Notes under the pieces: model-generated
Database searches by the model: none
What the model saw: only the letters and a program-made list of their open reading frames with translations
Told to the model about the DNA's origin: nothing
Position numbers and translations under genes: made by a program
Shown: positions 1 to 14,019 of the stretch, one piece after another
Layout of the letters: every line of letters starts with the position of its first letter
Numbering within the stretch: the stretch's first letter is position 1
Source: Raillietiella orientalis
Taxonomy: Eukaryota
Direction: 5' to 3'
Assembly (NCBI GenBank): GCA_036172245.1
Contig: JAYWIR010000006.1
Coordinates: 4,898,001-4,962,000 of the forward strand
DNA: 64,000 nucleotides

Positions 1-237
1 AAGCTTTCGTTTGGTGTGTTTTTTTAATCATCATTAATCATCAAACCATCCTGTTACTATCCATTCGCCATTTTTCCCTACATATTCAAGCGTATCGCTT
101 AGTTGGGTTTATTTATCGTTTGAAAAGTGACTTAAACTTCCGGTCATCTGCCCAAGTGCAAGCTTTTCATTTTTTTTTTTTTTTTGACCGTTAATGATCT
201 TCCCGACTAGCACAAAGATACTTTTCTGGATTCTCAC

Positions 238-359
238 TTCCTCTCTAGCAATTGCTTCAGTTTCCTTTCGTATCTCTGACAGTCGCCTTTTCGAAGCATC
301 TGGACATTTGGGGATGGCCATTCCGTAATGCATCTTTTTCGTCTTCCCTATCTCCTTGA
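238..359 (-). CDS. Possible downstream AK9-like exon
   Basis: Open frame HYGMAIPKCPDASKRRLSEIRKETEAIAREE followed by GTGAGA; helical segment in the expected position, but its phase does not join exon 7 directly. Confidence 0.3.
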
Positions 360-2425
360 CTGTAAGCATTTATGACCTACCACTCCTAATTCCTTGTGAT
401 TTCTCGAAAAGTGTATATAATGGCCGTTTGACTTCCAGCACGGGCAGGTGCAAACAAACTAGGTTAAACTCCTGGATTCCTCTTCTCTTAATGTAATAGA
501 TAACATTGCAGTGTTTTGTGGCTTCCAATTCTTTGATTTGATATTGCAAAGCTGATTTGAAGGTGATTAATTGTACAATAAAATCAAAATGATTTTGCCA
601 TTAATGGCAATACAGAATGCTTTTGCAAAATGGAAAACAAAAATCCGAAATTTGTGCATCACTCTCCAGTCGTTCACAAACATGACGCATTCTCCGTTCT
701 TATGGCAAGAGGAAAAAGGAACCCTTCGACCTGATATTAACAGTACAATGCTCTCCTTTATATGCCGAGTTGCTTTGGTCTCCAAACGACAAAGGTACGG
801 CAACGAACATTTTTCGGAGTGATTTATAAAGCAAAGTGAACTCAGGTGAGCGGAATCTTCAGAAAAGAGTGTGGCGTACGAAGCGTGCCATCAATTTACG
901 TGGTATGAGACATTGGTGTGACCAATATCCACGGAGACGGACACTGTGCTGAAGATGCATCGCCAGGAAGACTGTGCTTATCCCATGCTTTCTTCGGATT
1001 TGACAGTTTCAAAAGAGAAAACTTGCCGTCCGCAGTGCGCGCGCCATCGCAGATGCTGCGATCACTATCCAAAATCGACCTCGTAACTCCCGTTGCGAGG
1101 TCCTTTGAAAATGCGAATCGTGTAGGTACAAGCACCTGACAGGCGAGAAAGGTCGACACTGGACGACCCCTCCGTCACAGCGGACCTCCCGATCTCATCC
1201 CGCAAATATTTTCCAGGTGAGGTAGCGTGTACCCCGTTCCGCACAATCCTGCTGCGGATGCTGAGAACCCCAGCAACATCCCCGGCGGTATTTCCGTGTA
1301 TTCACTCCGGATATCCTCGCAAAGCGCGTTCGTCGTACTGCCTTGGACTTCGGCATCCCATGAAGCGAAGCGGCTCGAAAGACGACGGTTGGAACAAGCT
1401 TTTTTGCTCGGGAGAAGGGGAAGAGCGATCCAGACAGGGATCAGAGAGGAACGAGTCATTGGGTCAGGATTATTACCGATTGGTTTCGTGACGTCATTTC
1501 GTGGGTACTCGTTGCGGTTAAATTAAATCCAGCTGCTTTGCACATGAATGTCTCGGTTGATTTACTATGCCCTTGTGCACGAATTCTCCTTTTATTTTTT
1601 TTAAGAGCACTTATTTACGCTCGTGCGCAGAATTCGTACCTGTACCCTTAGCATGGAATTCTTTTCCCCATTCGAAGGTGTCCGTTCATCGAGTAATATC
1701 CCGCAATGGAATCTAAGTGATGCTTTCTTCTCTGGATGCACAGTCATTTTTTTTTTTTTTTTTTGCTTTCTTCCTTTCACTTGCATCCTATGAGTGTTAT
1801 AATTTCGCAAATTTCTGCTTGAGGCTTTTTTTTGCTTTTTTTCAGGTTTGATTTGGACCTCATAAGAGACTTTGGCAAATATTTTCACGAGAGCACTGTA
1901 CATTTCGTATAATGCTTTTCCTAGACATTTACGTATGAATATGTGGATGCACGAGGTCTTCATCCCATTTTCTTCATTCAGGTGTCTTGTTTTTCCTTTC
2001 CTTTTCTTTTCTTAATGCATCTTTGCAATATGTATCGTAACTCTGATCTGTTTCTTCACCCTATTTCTCGTTTTTTTATTTACTACGTAACATTTCCGAG
2101 TTTTGGTTGTACATGACATTTCGACCCAAGTCCTCGCTGCCGTCGTCGTATCGATCAACAAGAGTGCTTCGACAAAACTGGGTGCAGAAAGTGCAGGAAG
2201 CGCTCAATTTTCTAAAAAGGACACCTTGGATACATGATTCGCTACGTCTCCCATCGCTGTTTGAAATTGAAACTTCTAGATGCAGTGAAGACGTACAAGT
2301 TCTCAAATCACACGAGAAAATTCTGAATAAGGTGTTGGTAGAAACTGGTTAGTGAGCTCTTTTCGAAACAAACACGACAATTTTCACGGATATGTATGGC
2401 CCAGGTTGTGGTACAGTTTACTCAC

Positions 2426-2603
2426 GGGAATGTTCCAGTCCCTTGATAGCTGCGCTACGAATTCTTGCACTGGAGTGTATTCAGGGGGACCAACAACAAA
2501 AAGTTTCTCTAGCGACACAGAATCTTTTAAATATAACCTTGGATTCTCACGAAACTTCTTCACATTCTGCATTCCAGAAAATGCATACGCTCTATCTAAG
2601 AAC
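2426..2603 (-). CDS. AK9: AK9-like coding exon 7
   Basis: Phase-2 join; FLDRAYAFSGMQNVKKFRENPRLYLKDSVSLEKLFVVGPPEYTPVQEFVAQLSRDWNIP | GTGAGT; like 'FLGKIYCLSS..LKPFLLNPRPYL...KVFILGP'. Confidence 0.85.
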
Positions 2604-3045
2604 CTAGAATAATGTCGAAATCAATCTCTGAAGCATGGTTGCCTGGCAGATAAAAATTTTCAGATATTCTTGCATTCAGTATGATAAACTGAAGCACACA
2701 GTTTCAGTTTCGTGTCGTAGAAGGAATAATTGGTTAGACTACACAATCAACACGCTATTTGGGAACACAGGGATCAAAATTATTTGGTCATTCTCAAAAG
2801 AGACACCAATGAAGAACCTTCGGCTTGCTTCTTTTTTTTATTTTTAACTGTAAATTTATAAATTATGTTGCATCAAGATTGGTTTCACTTATTAGATGCT
2901 CTGCGCCGAGAATTTGGGGGCAAAAAATTACGCAGTTGAAATGATGGAAAATTCCGTTTTGAAATGTCCATTACTGATGAATATTGCCATGGGAAAGTAT
3001 TACTCAATACATCTATATATTTTCGTATTGTAAAATATCACTAAC

Positions 3046-3275
3046 CCGTAAGAAAGATTACTTTTTCCTTTGAGGTGTCCTCCCTCGATGACCGATACAG
3101 GGCAGTTATCATGAAATTTCGATATTTGAAGAACAAAGTTATCCATAACAGGATTTTCAGATAGAAGATCTTTTAATTCCAACTCGTATTCTTCTTCTTC
3201 TTCTTCATCCTCCAAAAGTGGGTACAAGAGTGGTGGTTTTTGTATTGGGAGAGTTGATAATATGTCCTCTAGATT
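3046..3275 (-). CDS. AK9: AK9-like coding exon 6
   Basis: NLEDILSTLPIQKPPLLYPLLEDEEEEEE...ISKFHDNCPVSVIEGGHLKGKSNLSY(G) | GTTAGT; contains the SKxxxxCPV motif of AK9; ends in phase 2. Confidence 0.85.
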
Positions 3276-3698
3276 CTAATGTTTCCAACATAAGTGGATA
3301 TTTTTGAAGTGATCAGACAATTTTGAAAATACAAATGAATAATTAAAGCGAGTGTCACGAGTGATAAAGTAGATATTTTTGATGCTTCTGCTTCAAGCTC
3401 TAGAACGGACTGAAAACTGTTGCTAACGGCAAATAACAAGATTTGTAATATTGAAAATCGATGAGTCATCTTCAAGAGTGAAATGAAAGCAATTCTAATG
3501 AGACCACTTACATGGCTTCAAAAGTAAGGAGAATAGATTCCCCTTTCATGAATAATACGAGAAAAAGTAAAGTGAACGATCAAGCAGGTGCCAGTTCTAG
3601 TCGATGCTGAATAGGCATCCGAGACCAAAGCAGCATCTCGCGGTAACATTTTCCGTTTCATGGCGAAAACTTTCAACAGTTGCAATAATTATTTTCAC

Positions 3699-3893
3699 CT
3701 GGAAGACTTTGGAACTAAGTTCAAAACCATTCAGTTGGACAACGCTTTGCTGTTCATGCTCATCAATGTAATCTTCGATTAATGGCATGAAGCACTGATT
3801 ATGTAAATTGAGGTGAACCAAAGCATTTTCTGGGCTATTTTCCGGAGGCTTAACTAGACGACTAATCATGTCATCAGGTAGGAGAGGAACATC
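3699..3893 (-). CDS. AK9: AK9-like coding exon 5
   Basis: DVPLLPDDMISRLVKPPENSPENALVHLNLH...EHEQQSVVQLNGFELSSKVFQ | GTGAAA; like 'HHLVQRPED..EN...EHNPQYLIELNG'; follows a 65-nt intron. Confidence 0.85.
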
Positions 3894-3958
3894 CTTTTCA
3901 GAATTTACATGGATCCATGCTCTAAAGCCTTAAAAAGAATATGTGAAAACGAAGTTAC

Positions 3959-4213
3959 CATCAGATGGCGATGAAATGCTATTGTTTCTCCATCTATTTC
4001 TTTGTAGTATAAGCTTCCAGTGTCTTCGCTACCACTCTCGCCCACTACGGAAGCACTTGATGCAGTAGGCAACTGCTCCTCAGCACTTTTGGGGATAGCA
4101 TCCAAAATCTTGGAAAAATATGACCTATCGTAAGAAATCAGTCCGTATTGATTCCCGGTACTGGAATCTACTCGCATACATGACCATCTAGCAAGTAAAT
4201 CTTCATCAGCGAT
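3959..4213 (-). CDS. AK9: AK9-like coding exon 4
   Basis: tttcAG | IADEDLLARWSCMRVDSSTGNQYG...RHLM | GTAACT; like AK9 'CPDYDLCQRISGQRQHNNTGYIY'; 255 nt, phase 0/0. Confidence 0.82.
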
Positions 4214-7155
4214 CTGAAATTATAATTTGAAAAAAATCTGCAATTTTCAGTTTGCTTTCGTTTCGGTTTCAGCTGTGCTGAGATTCTTTCCGTTTCGTCT
4301 ACATCAACAGTACGAATACGAAATGATATTATCACCTAACAGTTACAATATATACCTATAATGAAAACGAGAAGAGCATTCAAAATCTTGGGAAAACAGG
4401 GAAACGCAGAATGGAAGAGACAAATACACAGAAAAGCTACGAAAACAGGAATAAGAAAAGCAATTCAAAACCGCAAGGAATATTTCAAAGTCATTAAGAT
4501 GCGAATTGCTTTCTTAAAAGGCAAACTAAAGTCCAAGGACCGATTTGTAAAAGATGCCAAAATATTCAGTATTTGTTAGAGCTATAAAAATGAAAATGCA
4601 TACAAAGCACAAATGTGTACTATGAACCGTATACATTAATAGCAACCAACTTGTATATGCGTTTAAAAGTCGTTATCACAAGATGTGAAGATAAGCACCA
4701 TTCAGATAATAATAATAAAATTCAAAGAGATTATTTTAATAAAAGTGCTCATGCGAGAAAACGATGGATAATTTGTTAAAAAAAAAAGAAAGAAAGTAAC
4801 GGGATAATCGTTACCTATGAAAAAACAAAGCAGGAGAACCATATATCTGTTTGTGTTAATTCACCATACAAGCAACGAGTCGGTGGGTTTTAAAAGATGA
4901 ATATTTCACTTCATTCATTTGAAAAGTCCTTCAAAGTCTGTTCTAGATAGGAACGGTAAGATTTAAGCACGCACACACAAAAAGGTCTCTAAATTATGGT
5001 GTGATGGAACACTAAAAGTTCTAATGACCTATGAATAAAATGCTGAATACCCTATTCAAGCAGTATTCAGTATTTTATTGTCCTAAGAGTCGCAACATGG
5101 AGATAAGACTTGAATGCAATCGTATTCAATCCCGTGTACAATAGACCTCGGAGATTGTTTTTCCGCTAGAAGGAAGCGTGCACTATTCCAAACGCCAGAT
5201 CAAGACCGAGCTCGTGTATTATTCCAGATCTGCCCCTTGCGATGAGCTGCGTTTCCATGGTGTGAAAATCAAAAACCAGCCTCTACTCTTTCGGACGGAG
5301 AAAGTGGAACCCATCTACTACTGCACAGTGCATGGAAATGAATGAAAAATAACGTGAGTGGGTATCGCACATGTAATGACAATCAACCTACCATGAAACG
5401 ATCATCATGATACGAAATCTGTTTACAGAAAACAAGGCTGATTTGGTTTGGATAAGTGATTTGAGTTCCTGATGATACATGTATAAAAAATAAATAATAT
5501 CCATATAATTGAGCATATAAATAAATAAGATTGTGGTACGCAAATTGTGATCATAATGAAACGAAAGCATACATGGAATGATTGCATCGATACTTTCTAA
5601 GAGGTGTCAGTTATTCACTTTGAACTGGATTTTGAAAGCAAACTTCTGAACATATCAAAGTGCTTGATTGCTCTTGTTGAAAAAACACATGTAAAACACT
5701 GCAGTAAAGAAAGACTGTGAACTGACTGAGCTATAATCAAAAGCCAGAGTTTCCCAAGTCATCAAGAACATTTTTCACGCAGAATGTGCAAAAACGATCC
5801 ACAATTTAGAAAACCAGTAGAAAAACTGCTGACAGAACTGAGCCAAAAAAAAAAAAAGCAGTGATTTGTTCTGCGAAAATTGATCATTACGAGGATTTTG
5901 TACACTTTTTTGAAAGAATCACAAGGGACAGAAAGCACAGGAATAATTTATACCCAAACATGCTTGGAGTCAAAAGTGAAAAACTGAATTGGATGCTACT
6001 GATATGAAATTTTTTTACACAATTCCCTGCCATGGAATGTGAAATGGAATTCTTACAGTAATGGAAGCAGTATCAAAGCATGGTAAAATTATCCAAGTGT
6101 TTTCATTTGTTTCGTCTCGTGACTGCTGTCAGAGTCGACCTGTACGATACAGTGGAGTGAATCTAGTGAAAAAGCTGCTTAAAACAAAACAGTGCCAATC
6201 ACTGTAGAAATCAAAAGCATCCCAGGACCTATATCCAAGAGCATCTCCTCTAAGTAATTCTTATGTCTCCTAAATCCGAAATACAAACGCACGAAAAGTA
6301 AGCACGTTAAAACTGTGTGTGTGAAATTGGCTCGAAATGTTCTTCTCCATGTCTGGACGAAATCAGACGTTTCGGTGGGAAACATGGGCTTTATCGATGG
6401 GCATTCCAAATAGCACTGGTGTTAGAAATCTTCACAACACTTTAAAGTTGTACATGTCACGGAGATGAGTTATCATAGAATGATTTATCCAAGTTACGTG
6501 GAACGCATGCACGATCGCGTTAATGAGATTCGTGTATTATGTTGCATACTGAATAGCTTATATATGGGATACCGTATGTCGACGTAAATGCATTCAAACT
6601 CGAAGGAAAACACACGCGTAGGTCTTGTTAGCAAAGCTGAAAATTCCTCTCACGCATAAATCTTGGCAGGTGGATTATATAATGACTTCCCTCTAAAATG
6701 ACGTAAAGTTTTGGAGCGTTTTCCTATTGTTTCGACGGCATAATTTCCTATTCCTAAATCAGTAAACTCGAATGAAAGTATCCTTATTTGAATGATTTTT
6801 TTTTTTTTTTTTTTGTAAACAAGAAGAAGAACAACAACAGCAACACAGAAGAAATTCTGTTTCATTCTTTATGTCAAATGACTTGTGATGCATAAACTTC
6901 TTGAGCTTTTTAAGCTATAATGGTACTTGCATGTGCAATATAAGTACAAAGAGGTATTACTGTGCCAGTGAATGCTTCTTGATTTGCAAAGCTGATTTCT
7001 AGCGCATTCGTTGGAACATATTGTACTGTGCAAGTAGTAACTGCATCAACCACCAAATTCCTACAGATTCTGTTGACTGAATCCATTAGAGTTCAGTTTT
7101 GAAACTGTGTCCGCAATTACATCCAAAATGTGGAACACACAGAATACAGACTCAC

Positions 7156-7281
7156 TTTGATATTGATTATAATGTCAGGTTTCATTTTCCACTTTTGCAT
7201 GTTTTTAATTTGCTTTTCAATAAATGCGAATGATTCTGACACGAATGGAAAATCGTCAAGAACATATCCATAATGTTTAGC
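7156..7281 (-). CDS. AK9: AK9-like coding exon 3 (not in ORF track)
   Basis: ctttttcAG | AKHYGYVLDDFPFVSESFAFIEKQIKNMQKWKMKPDIIINIK | GTGAGT; matches AK9 'HFGYIITEIP...LKPDVIINIK'; 126 nt, phase 0/0. Confidence 0.88.
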
Positions 7282-8769
7282 CTGAAAAAGAGATCTAAAG
7301 AATTCTGGAGAATAATTCTGGAGTTGTTTAAATATTAACTATTATGAGCATTTGAATAGATTACATTTTTGGCGGATAGTCATCATACACTTTGGCTTGG
7401 TTTGTTTATTATATCGCAATTGATTTGCATATCATTCAATGAAGCCTATTATAATAATGGTTCAATCTGAGGAATGTGATAGGAAAAAAAAAGAAAATTT
7501 ATTTGTGAATTTCTATACGATGAAACATGGAATGAATTTGTATCAATAAAATAGCCAATTTATACAGTTCATTTAATTATTACCTTTCAAATTATAATTT
7601 CTCCAACATTCTGAGCATGAGTATTCCCTAACACGGAAAAATGTTCATGAATATTATGGATAGGTGTGAACTCTTGCAAGTGTAAAACACAGGTCTACAG
7701 AATTGAAACCGTGCCATTGGAATTGAAGATTTAAGAGCAAGCTGTACAGAAATGTTTTGACTATTCAACTTCACGTTCCATTTCTCTAATAGTACATGAA
7801 ATTTCGTAAAACTAATTTTCATTGCCACTCCTTATTCTGATTTCTGAACATTGCAGGTCTCAATCCAACAGATCGGTTTATTATATTTTCGATGAGGGAT
7901 CGTGCAATCTTGTGGCTTTCATTTTAAAACAGTATAATAGTTTTCCTGCAAACAAGCTCATATGATTTCCGATCTCAAAGCATTGGCTCACAATTCCACT
8001 TGTACTTTAGGTGAGTACAATAAATATAAAGGAACGAGAAGTAGCCGAATGGGAAAAAATATGTTTGAGATGAGGACATATTGAAATAAAGAAATCCATG
8101 CAAAGAAACATAGTGTATCCATGCCTCAATTTTCGTTTAATATTTCTCTGCTTAATGTCTTCATTAAAGACTGTGCTTTCACGCCCAAGTGTGACCCGTT
8201 CCCTACTTTTTGCTTGTAATTTATATTGTCTGTCCTCATGCGCTCAGGTGCTGAGTGAATGAACTGAAATTATTATGCGGACGCACTATTCTATAACAAC
8301 TTCTTCATGTTGAGCTTTTTTCCCTCTAGTGTTTTTTTTTTTTCTTTCTCCGATAAAATCTGATCTCTGATCTCTTTCGGACGTATCTTCAAAAAAGAGC
8401 AGATTTATCTTTTAATCATACTCTTAGACCGAATCTCTTTGCTTCGAAGCGTGATCGTAGATGTTATCCATTTTTCCAGATAAAAATCATTCTTTCTTTA
8501 TCCACTTTAATTCTTTCGCTGCCACCCTCTTTTTTTTAGAAAAAAAATAAAAAAAATGTCTTTCTGGTTTTACAGCTGGACCCAACTCTCAAAACAAATG
8601 CTTTTCTTTCTTTCTCTCTCTCTCTCATTAGAAAATTTGAAAATTCTAGATTTTTGGAAATCCAGAGCAGATTATCAGCTTTTTCTCATCACCGTCGCTT
8701 CTTATTAATCTTTCGATAAAGTAGATGACTTGAGTGAATCCTCGACTTACTTTTTCCCCTCCATTTCGA

Positions 8770-9280
8770 TGTCATAATTAATGTAAAGTGCCTTTACATC
8801 ATCAAAAGGCGTGGTATTTCACTGATTGCTTCCTTCGCCGATGGCTCTTCGAATCAAGGTTTCATTTGCTGTTGGGTGACTTTTTGTAGAGTAGGTATGC
8901 TTCTATTTCTGATGCTAATTTGAATGGCACTATGAAAAAATGTAAAGAAAAGCGACTCTTGGATGTTTCTATACGAATGAACCCGTTTTCTTAATTGGGA
9001 TTGTTTTGTTATGATGTATACGCAAGACAGCCCATGCGAAACTATAGAAGGTGTCTTCAAAGAGCCAAGTAAAGTCGTTAGACACTCGGCGACTACATTA
9101 GTCGATAGAGTTATGAAGAGATGTCGACATCTCTTTTTACGAGATTGCTTACTGACTTTCAGCTTTTGCTGATTGAGAGCCTCTGCCATTTCTGCCTGTA
9201 ACATGGACCTTTGTCGTTCGTTGCGTAGCACACCTTTCTCATGGAAAATGGCTAAGAGAGAAGCCGGGTTTTTGAGTACC
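8770..9280 (-). mobile_element. CR1/L2-like RT remnant in AK9 intron
   Basis: LGSLKTPSIVSHGL (LDFxKAFDxVxH) and FDDVK (FADDxK). Confidence 0.4.
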
Positions 9281-10612
9281 ACCTTCTAATCGCGTACATT
9301 CAACTGGAGTACAACATTCTGATTTGCCTCCCATACTCAGTATTAACGACGGTCCGTTCTTCGCATTATGTGTGCACTCAGTTTCATGTTCACAATCGCT
9401 TTGGAGAAAGCGAATTAACGTATCAGTGAGTGCTTGATTTTTCTAAATGCAGATGTGCACTCAGAACTTGGGTCTAGCTTCCCTGTTTCTTCTGCTTATT
9501 TTCTTTCGTATTGCAGATTCGGTTATGATTTTTGTGCAGTTGGCAGCAAAACCTACCTGCTTTACTTCACATCTTCACTTCACTGTCCACTTGTGACTGG
9601 CCACAGTTCTTAGCCCAAGATTCAATATGTATTCATGTAAAATCATGTGATTTTTTTTTTTTGCTTTTGCATGCATTGAAAAGCCCAAATCATCTCGAGA
9701 CGCTGCTTTTCAGGAGCGCGAGCTTTCTTTATTCTTCCAAATATTCCCTGCACTTGGGACTTGATTTTAAACTTTCATTCAAATCTGAGGTTATCTCGCG
9801 CTCACTGTTGTGTACTGGTTTCTTGAGTCATCCATGGAATTCATGTAGATTTTGTATTCCCTAGAATCCTTTGTTTTGTCTACCTCTAGCATTTCTTGCT
9901 GTCAAAAGCGTGTGCTGATTCTCACTGCATCGTAGCTATCGGAACTCTACACCGTCGTTGTTAGAACCGAGCGTGAAACATCTTTTTTCTTCTTCCCTTT
10001 TTCCAATGTGAGGGAATTTCCTCTATCAGCAGTCTGTTTCACGAAGAAATAGTTCTTGTGAGCTAACAGCCTTCTCCGTCTTGTAATTTACCTCACGATT
10101 CTTTCCGAGACTTTTAGCAAAGGAATGATCTGTGGAAACAATCTTCTGTTGAAGTGCTTTATTCCAAGTTTCCGCCCCAAAAATTTCAATACCAATCTTC
10201 TTCATTTCCATCTCATTTAGTCACAAGCTCTTCATTTCAAGAATCCGTCAAAACTAATCATTTCGCTTATAAATATTTATAACCTTTGGACATTCCTATT
10301 CCAAAGAATATTATAGTTTAGCTATTTTACTACATTGAAAGATCCTTTTGAAATCGGATGATTCTCGGATCCTTCTCCCCTTGTTTCTCAAGGTACGAAC
10401 AAATGAATGTGTGAGTAATTCTTCCCACCGATTCAGTCAAGATTTTTTAAGGAAATCTTGGAGTATGTGCTTCTCAGTTTCCAAATGCGCTGTGATTTTC
10501 AAAGGCTTTTGCATTCCACGAAATGTATAACGTAACGCTTTCTGGGAAGCATTCTAAACATTGCGTAAAGTCTATAACAGAACTCGAGCATTCCTTCCAA
10601 GAAATAACGTAC

Positions 10613-10743
10613 CTTTGTGGAGTGAGCCTCTTCCTCGATAAATTTTAAAATCAGGTTCTCATCGATTTCGTTCCCTTTTCGGAGGCAGTCTTCCACATCA
10701 GGTGTTTTCCTTATATTTATAGCATTTTCTATGGCACTCTTCT
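10613..10743 (-). CDS. AK9: AK9-like coding exon 2
   Basis: ttttgcAG acceptor; phase 1 joins exon 1 in frame: (Q)KSAIENAINIRKTPDVEDCLRKGNEIDENLILKFIEEEAHSTK, like AK9 'LISGQSIPDELVIKLMLEKLNS'. Donor GTACGT. Confidence 0.82.
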
Positions 10744-13700
10744 CTGCAAAATGGAAAGGAAAAGAAAAAAAAAGACCCTCAGTTCATCTCATGATCGCTA
10801 ACAAAACATCGGCTAGATTAGCCCCACCGTTCATTCATGCAAATTCACTTTTTATTTAACACGAGTTCCGCATTTCATTTTGAATAAGCGTATTCAGTTT
10901 GTGTTAATCGCAAACATGATTATTATTGTTATTTATGCTCTCATTCCCACTGGAGCAGCATTCTCTATCATTTACAATTATAGCTGACCATTATCTTCAT
11001 AGATCCCTATTAATTTTCGAAAACAACTTTTGCACAATCACGTTAACTTTTCTCTGGCTCTCCAAACTGACAATAATAATAATAAACGAGTTTTATAGAG
11101 TAAATTACGGGTTTACAGTCGTCAGAATTGTAGACTATTTGTGACCTTTCTGTGAACATTATCCTTTAGGTGTCTTTCTGAAAAAAGACTCTTAAAGGAT
11201 AGCATTGACATTGCCGAGTGTTACAATAGGTCTCGACGACGAAGGAAATGCAGAGATGTATCTGAACAGTCGAGAGGTTGGTCGCGGGGAGAAAAAGAGG
11301 AAAAAGGAAAGAAAATGCTCAAATAGAAGCACTGCTGCTTGAAAAGTGCCAGTAAGTATATACTAGGGTCTCTGCGAGAGTAACCCTTTAGACTGAATTC
11401 CTCAGGAAGAATCGTTTGCCTTAATCGCTCCCAGCAGAGTCAGAGGTTGCAAGGTAAACGCAGTTGATCAAAAATTTCGCCAATATGGTTTTCATCAAGC
11501 ATCACATGACTGCACTCCCTCCAATGCTATCATCCCTTCACGGAAGCAAGAAGTGTCCCGGTGATGGAACACTGATCAGCATAGTAATTCTCAAGGCGCC
11601 ATCCTCGCAAATTATCTTTGAGACCCGGAAACAAGCGAACCAGGAAAGAAGGCAACCAGGATTGTGTGTGGAGGGAGCAGTCCTTTTCAGCAGAATAATT
11701 ACACTGCTGGTTTTGCATCTCGCGTGGAGTCAAATTCCGCTCTTGCATCTTTGCACTTGGCACGTTCGATCCCATCATGGTCCAGTGTTGACCACGGATC
11801 ATATTCGCTGGTTGCTTTGTAACAGCTTGTGGACGTTTAGTCGAGTTTATATCATCGCACTGCCTTGTCCTATGACGTATCTTCGGGCGGCATATTAGAC
11901 ATATTAGACATTGTCAGTAGAATGAGCAACACTTGCCGGCACGAACACTGTTTACACTGCACGTTTTTCATCCTGAGGAAGAGGACAGCCATATCTCAGC
12001 TCTTAGACTATAACTTTCTGGAACAAATATCTGGCAGCGTCGTGTTGAAATGCCTTGTGTCCAGGCCCATATAATGGGTAGTAATGGGAACCCTGTAGAT
12101 CGATACCACAAATATTATCTCATTGTCGTGTTGATTTGTATATGAGATACAGAGTTAAGTTATGCAGAGCTGTCCCTTTTTGAGATAATGCTCCTAAAAA
12201 AAGCGCTGTTGGGAGATGAAATCTGGCCTTGGAAATTTAATGGTAAATTTAATTGTCGGAAGTAATTGGGGATGATTTATGGTTTGATTAATCATAAGGT
12301 CAAAATAGAAGTGAGTCTCAGATTTCTACAAAGCAGTAATGGAAACCAGCTTATAATCATACGCTCAGTACGAACAAAAAAGTAAGAAAAGGAAACTTCC
12401 AATAGATTACATAGGGTTGCAATATATAACAAGAACGAATACACCATAGATGACTGCTTTAGGATGTTTCCAAAACTCTACTATATCCACTCAAATGCTT
12501 TCCGAAAAGATAGAATAACAAAAGAAAGAAACTCTAATCAACGGCCAGCATCGATGACAAAGAAAGTAGTCTACATTTCGCAGAATTGGAATTTTGGAAA
12601 GTTTCTCCGAAAACGGGATAGTTGATAGTTGACTTGTTTTGAACAATAACGATCACGATTACACATATCGCAAATTTGTATCGCAATTGGAATTGTCGAT
12701 AATTTCTGATATTTTCATTGAAATGAAAAAAAAAAAAAAGTCACCAGGCCAGAAAGGAAAGAAATGAGACCTTTCAAAATTCTGCCGAATAATCCTTGGG
12801 TTCAACTAAAATGAAATGCATTACCCTTCAGGTATTCAACTAGTTGAATTAGGATATACTTAATGAGATGCCACAGAGAACTTTGGACGTAATTGGAAGC
12901 CACGATTAATGACACGTCATGAGTCACGATTTTAGCTTCATAAGATGACATAGAAGAGTGAGTTTCCAGGAAAGTTGAAGTGTATGTAAGCATGAAGATT
13001 TCACGCTTACATACACTTGAAAACCCCTGTACGCGAACGAAAATCTACCTCACGCAGCATTGTAAAAAGAACAGCACAAATTACAGCCACCACTGAGAAA
13101 GTCCATACCCAACAGAAAGAGGAACATTTTCCACAATGTATTGAAAAACTTCGAGGGATAAGTAAGACGGGATGCTTTCGAAATAGAAAGTGTTTCACTG
13201 TGGGAAAACAGTGACTTCCCCAATGCAGGAACGACAACTTTCGAGTGGAAAATCCCTGTTTCAAGAATGGTTAAAATTGCAGATCTTGATCAAATAAACT
13301 GATCTGCTTTCTTTTAATTCGGAGAATTCCAAACAACGCCTAGAAAACAACAGATACAGGAAACTTGGGAGCGTTTGCTTTCTCGACCTCCTACTTTGAA
13401 ATTGGGCAAAGAGAAAATTAATGCCGACAAACAGTGAGGAGGGAATGTGAAAAAACAGTCAAAACGGAACAATCTGTGATGAAATAGGGATGCAGAATAA
13501 ATACTGTGACATTGAAAACAGAATGGTAAGGAAGCAGTGATAGAGAGTATCCCATGCTAGACAATAATAGCTCAAATAATACCAAGTTGTAAAAGTGTGA
13601 AAAACTACATCAGGAATACTCCGTCATATTATCCAGTTATTCGAAGAAAGAATGACTACGCTTGCCGCTGAAAAATAGAATGTACGTTTCATGGCTCATG

Positions 13701-14019
13701 CCAATTCAGTATTCTTTGAAATAAAATCTTGTAGTGCATGCTTTTCAGGTTATTCAGCGGAGCGGATCAACAAGCTATTCAGCAAGAGGATGTCTTCACT
13801 ATGATGAAGGAGTAATCAGCTTGGAAAAAGTCAACGTGCGCTAACCAAACGGCGACACCTCACGGACGACACACGTGCCCAGAGTTGCACCCATTTGCCC
13901 CCTATTGCTATTTGCAGAAAGGAAATGGATAAGAACATCTCTAAAATACACAATGTGGTAGGTAATGTGACGTTTTTAACTGACTATAGCTTTCAACACG
14001 AATATTTGTTTTCGAGACC

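Noticed and set aside
2107..2352. Small plus-strand gene
   Set aside because: VQKVQEALNFLKRTPW...LPSL resembles a decayed LINE ORF2 C-terminus in an intron.
5392..5468. Extra AK9 exon (TQITYPNQISLVFCKQ...)
   Set aside because: Exon 7281-7156 already supplies this segment with much better similarity and joins exon 4 in phase.
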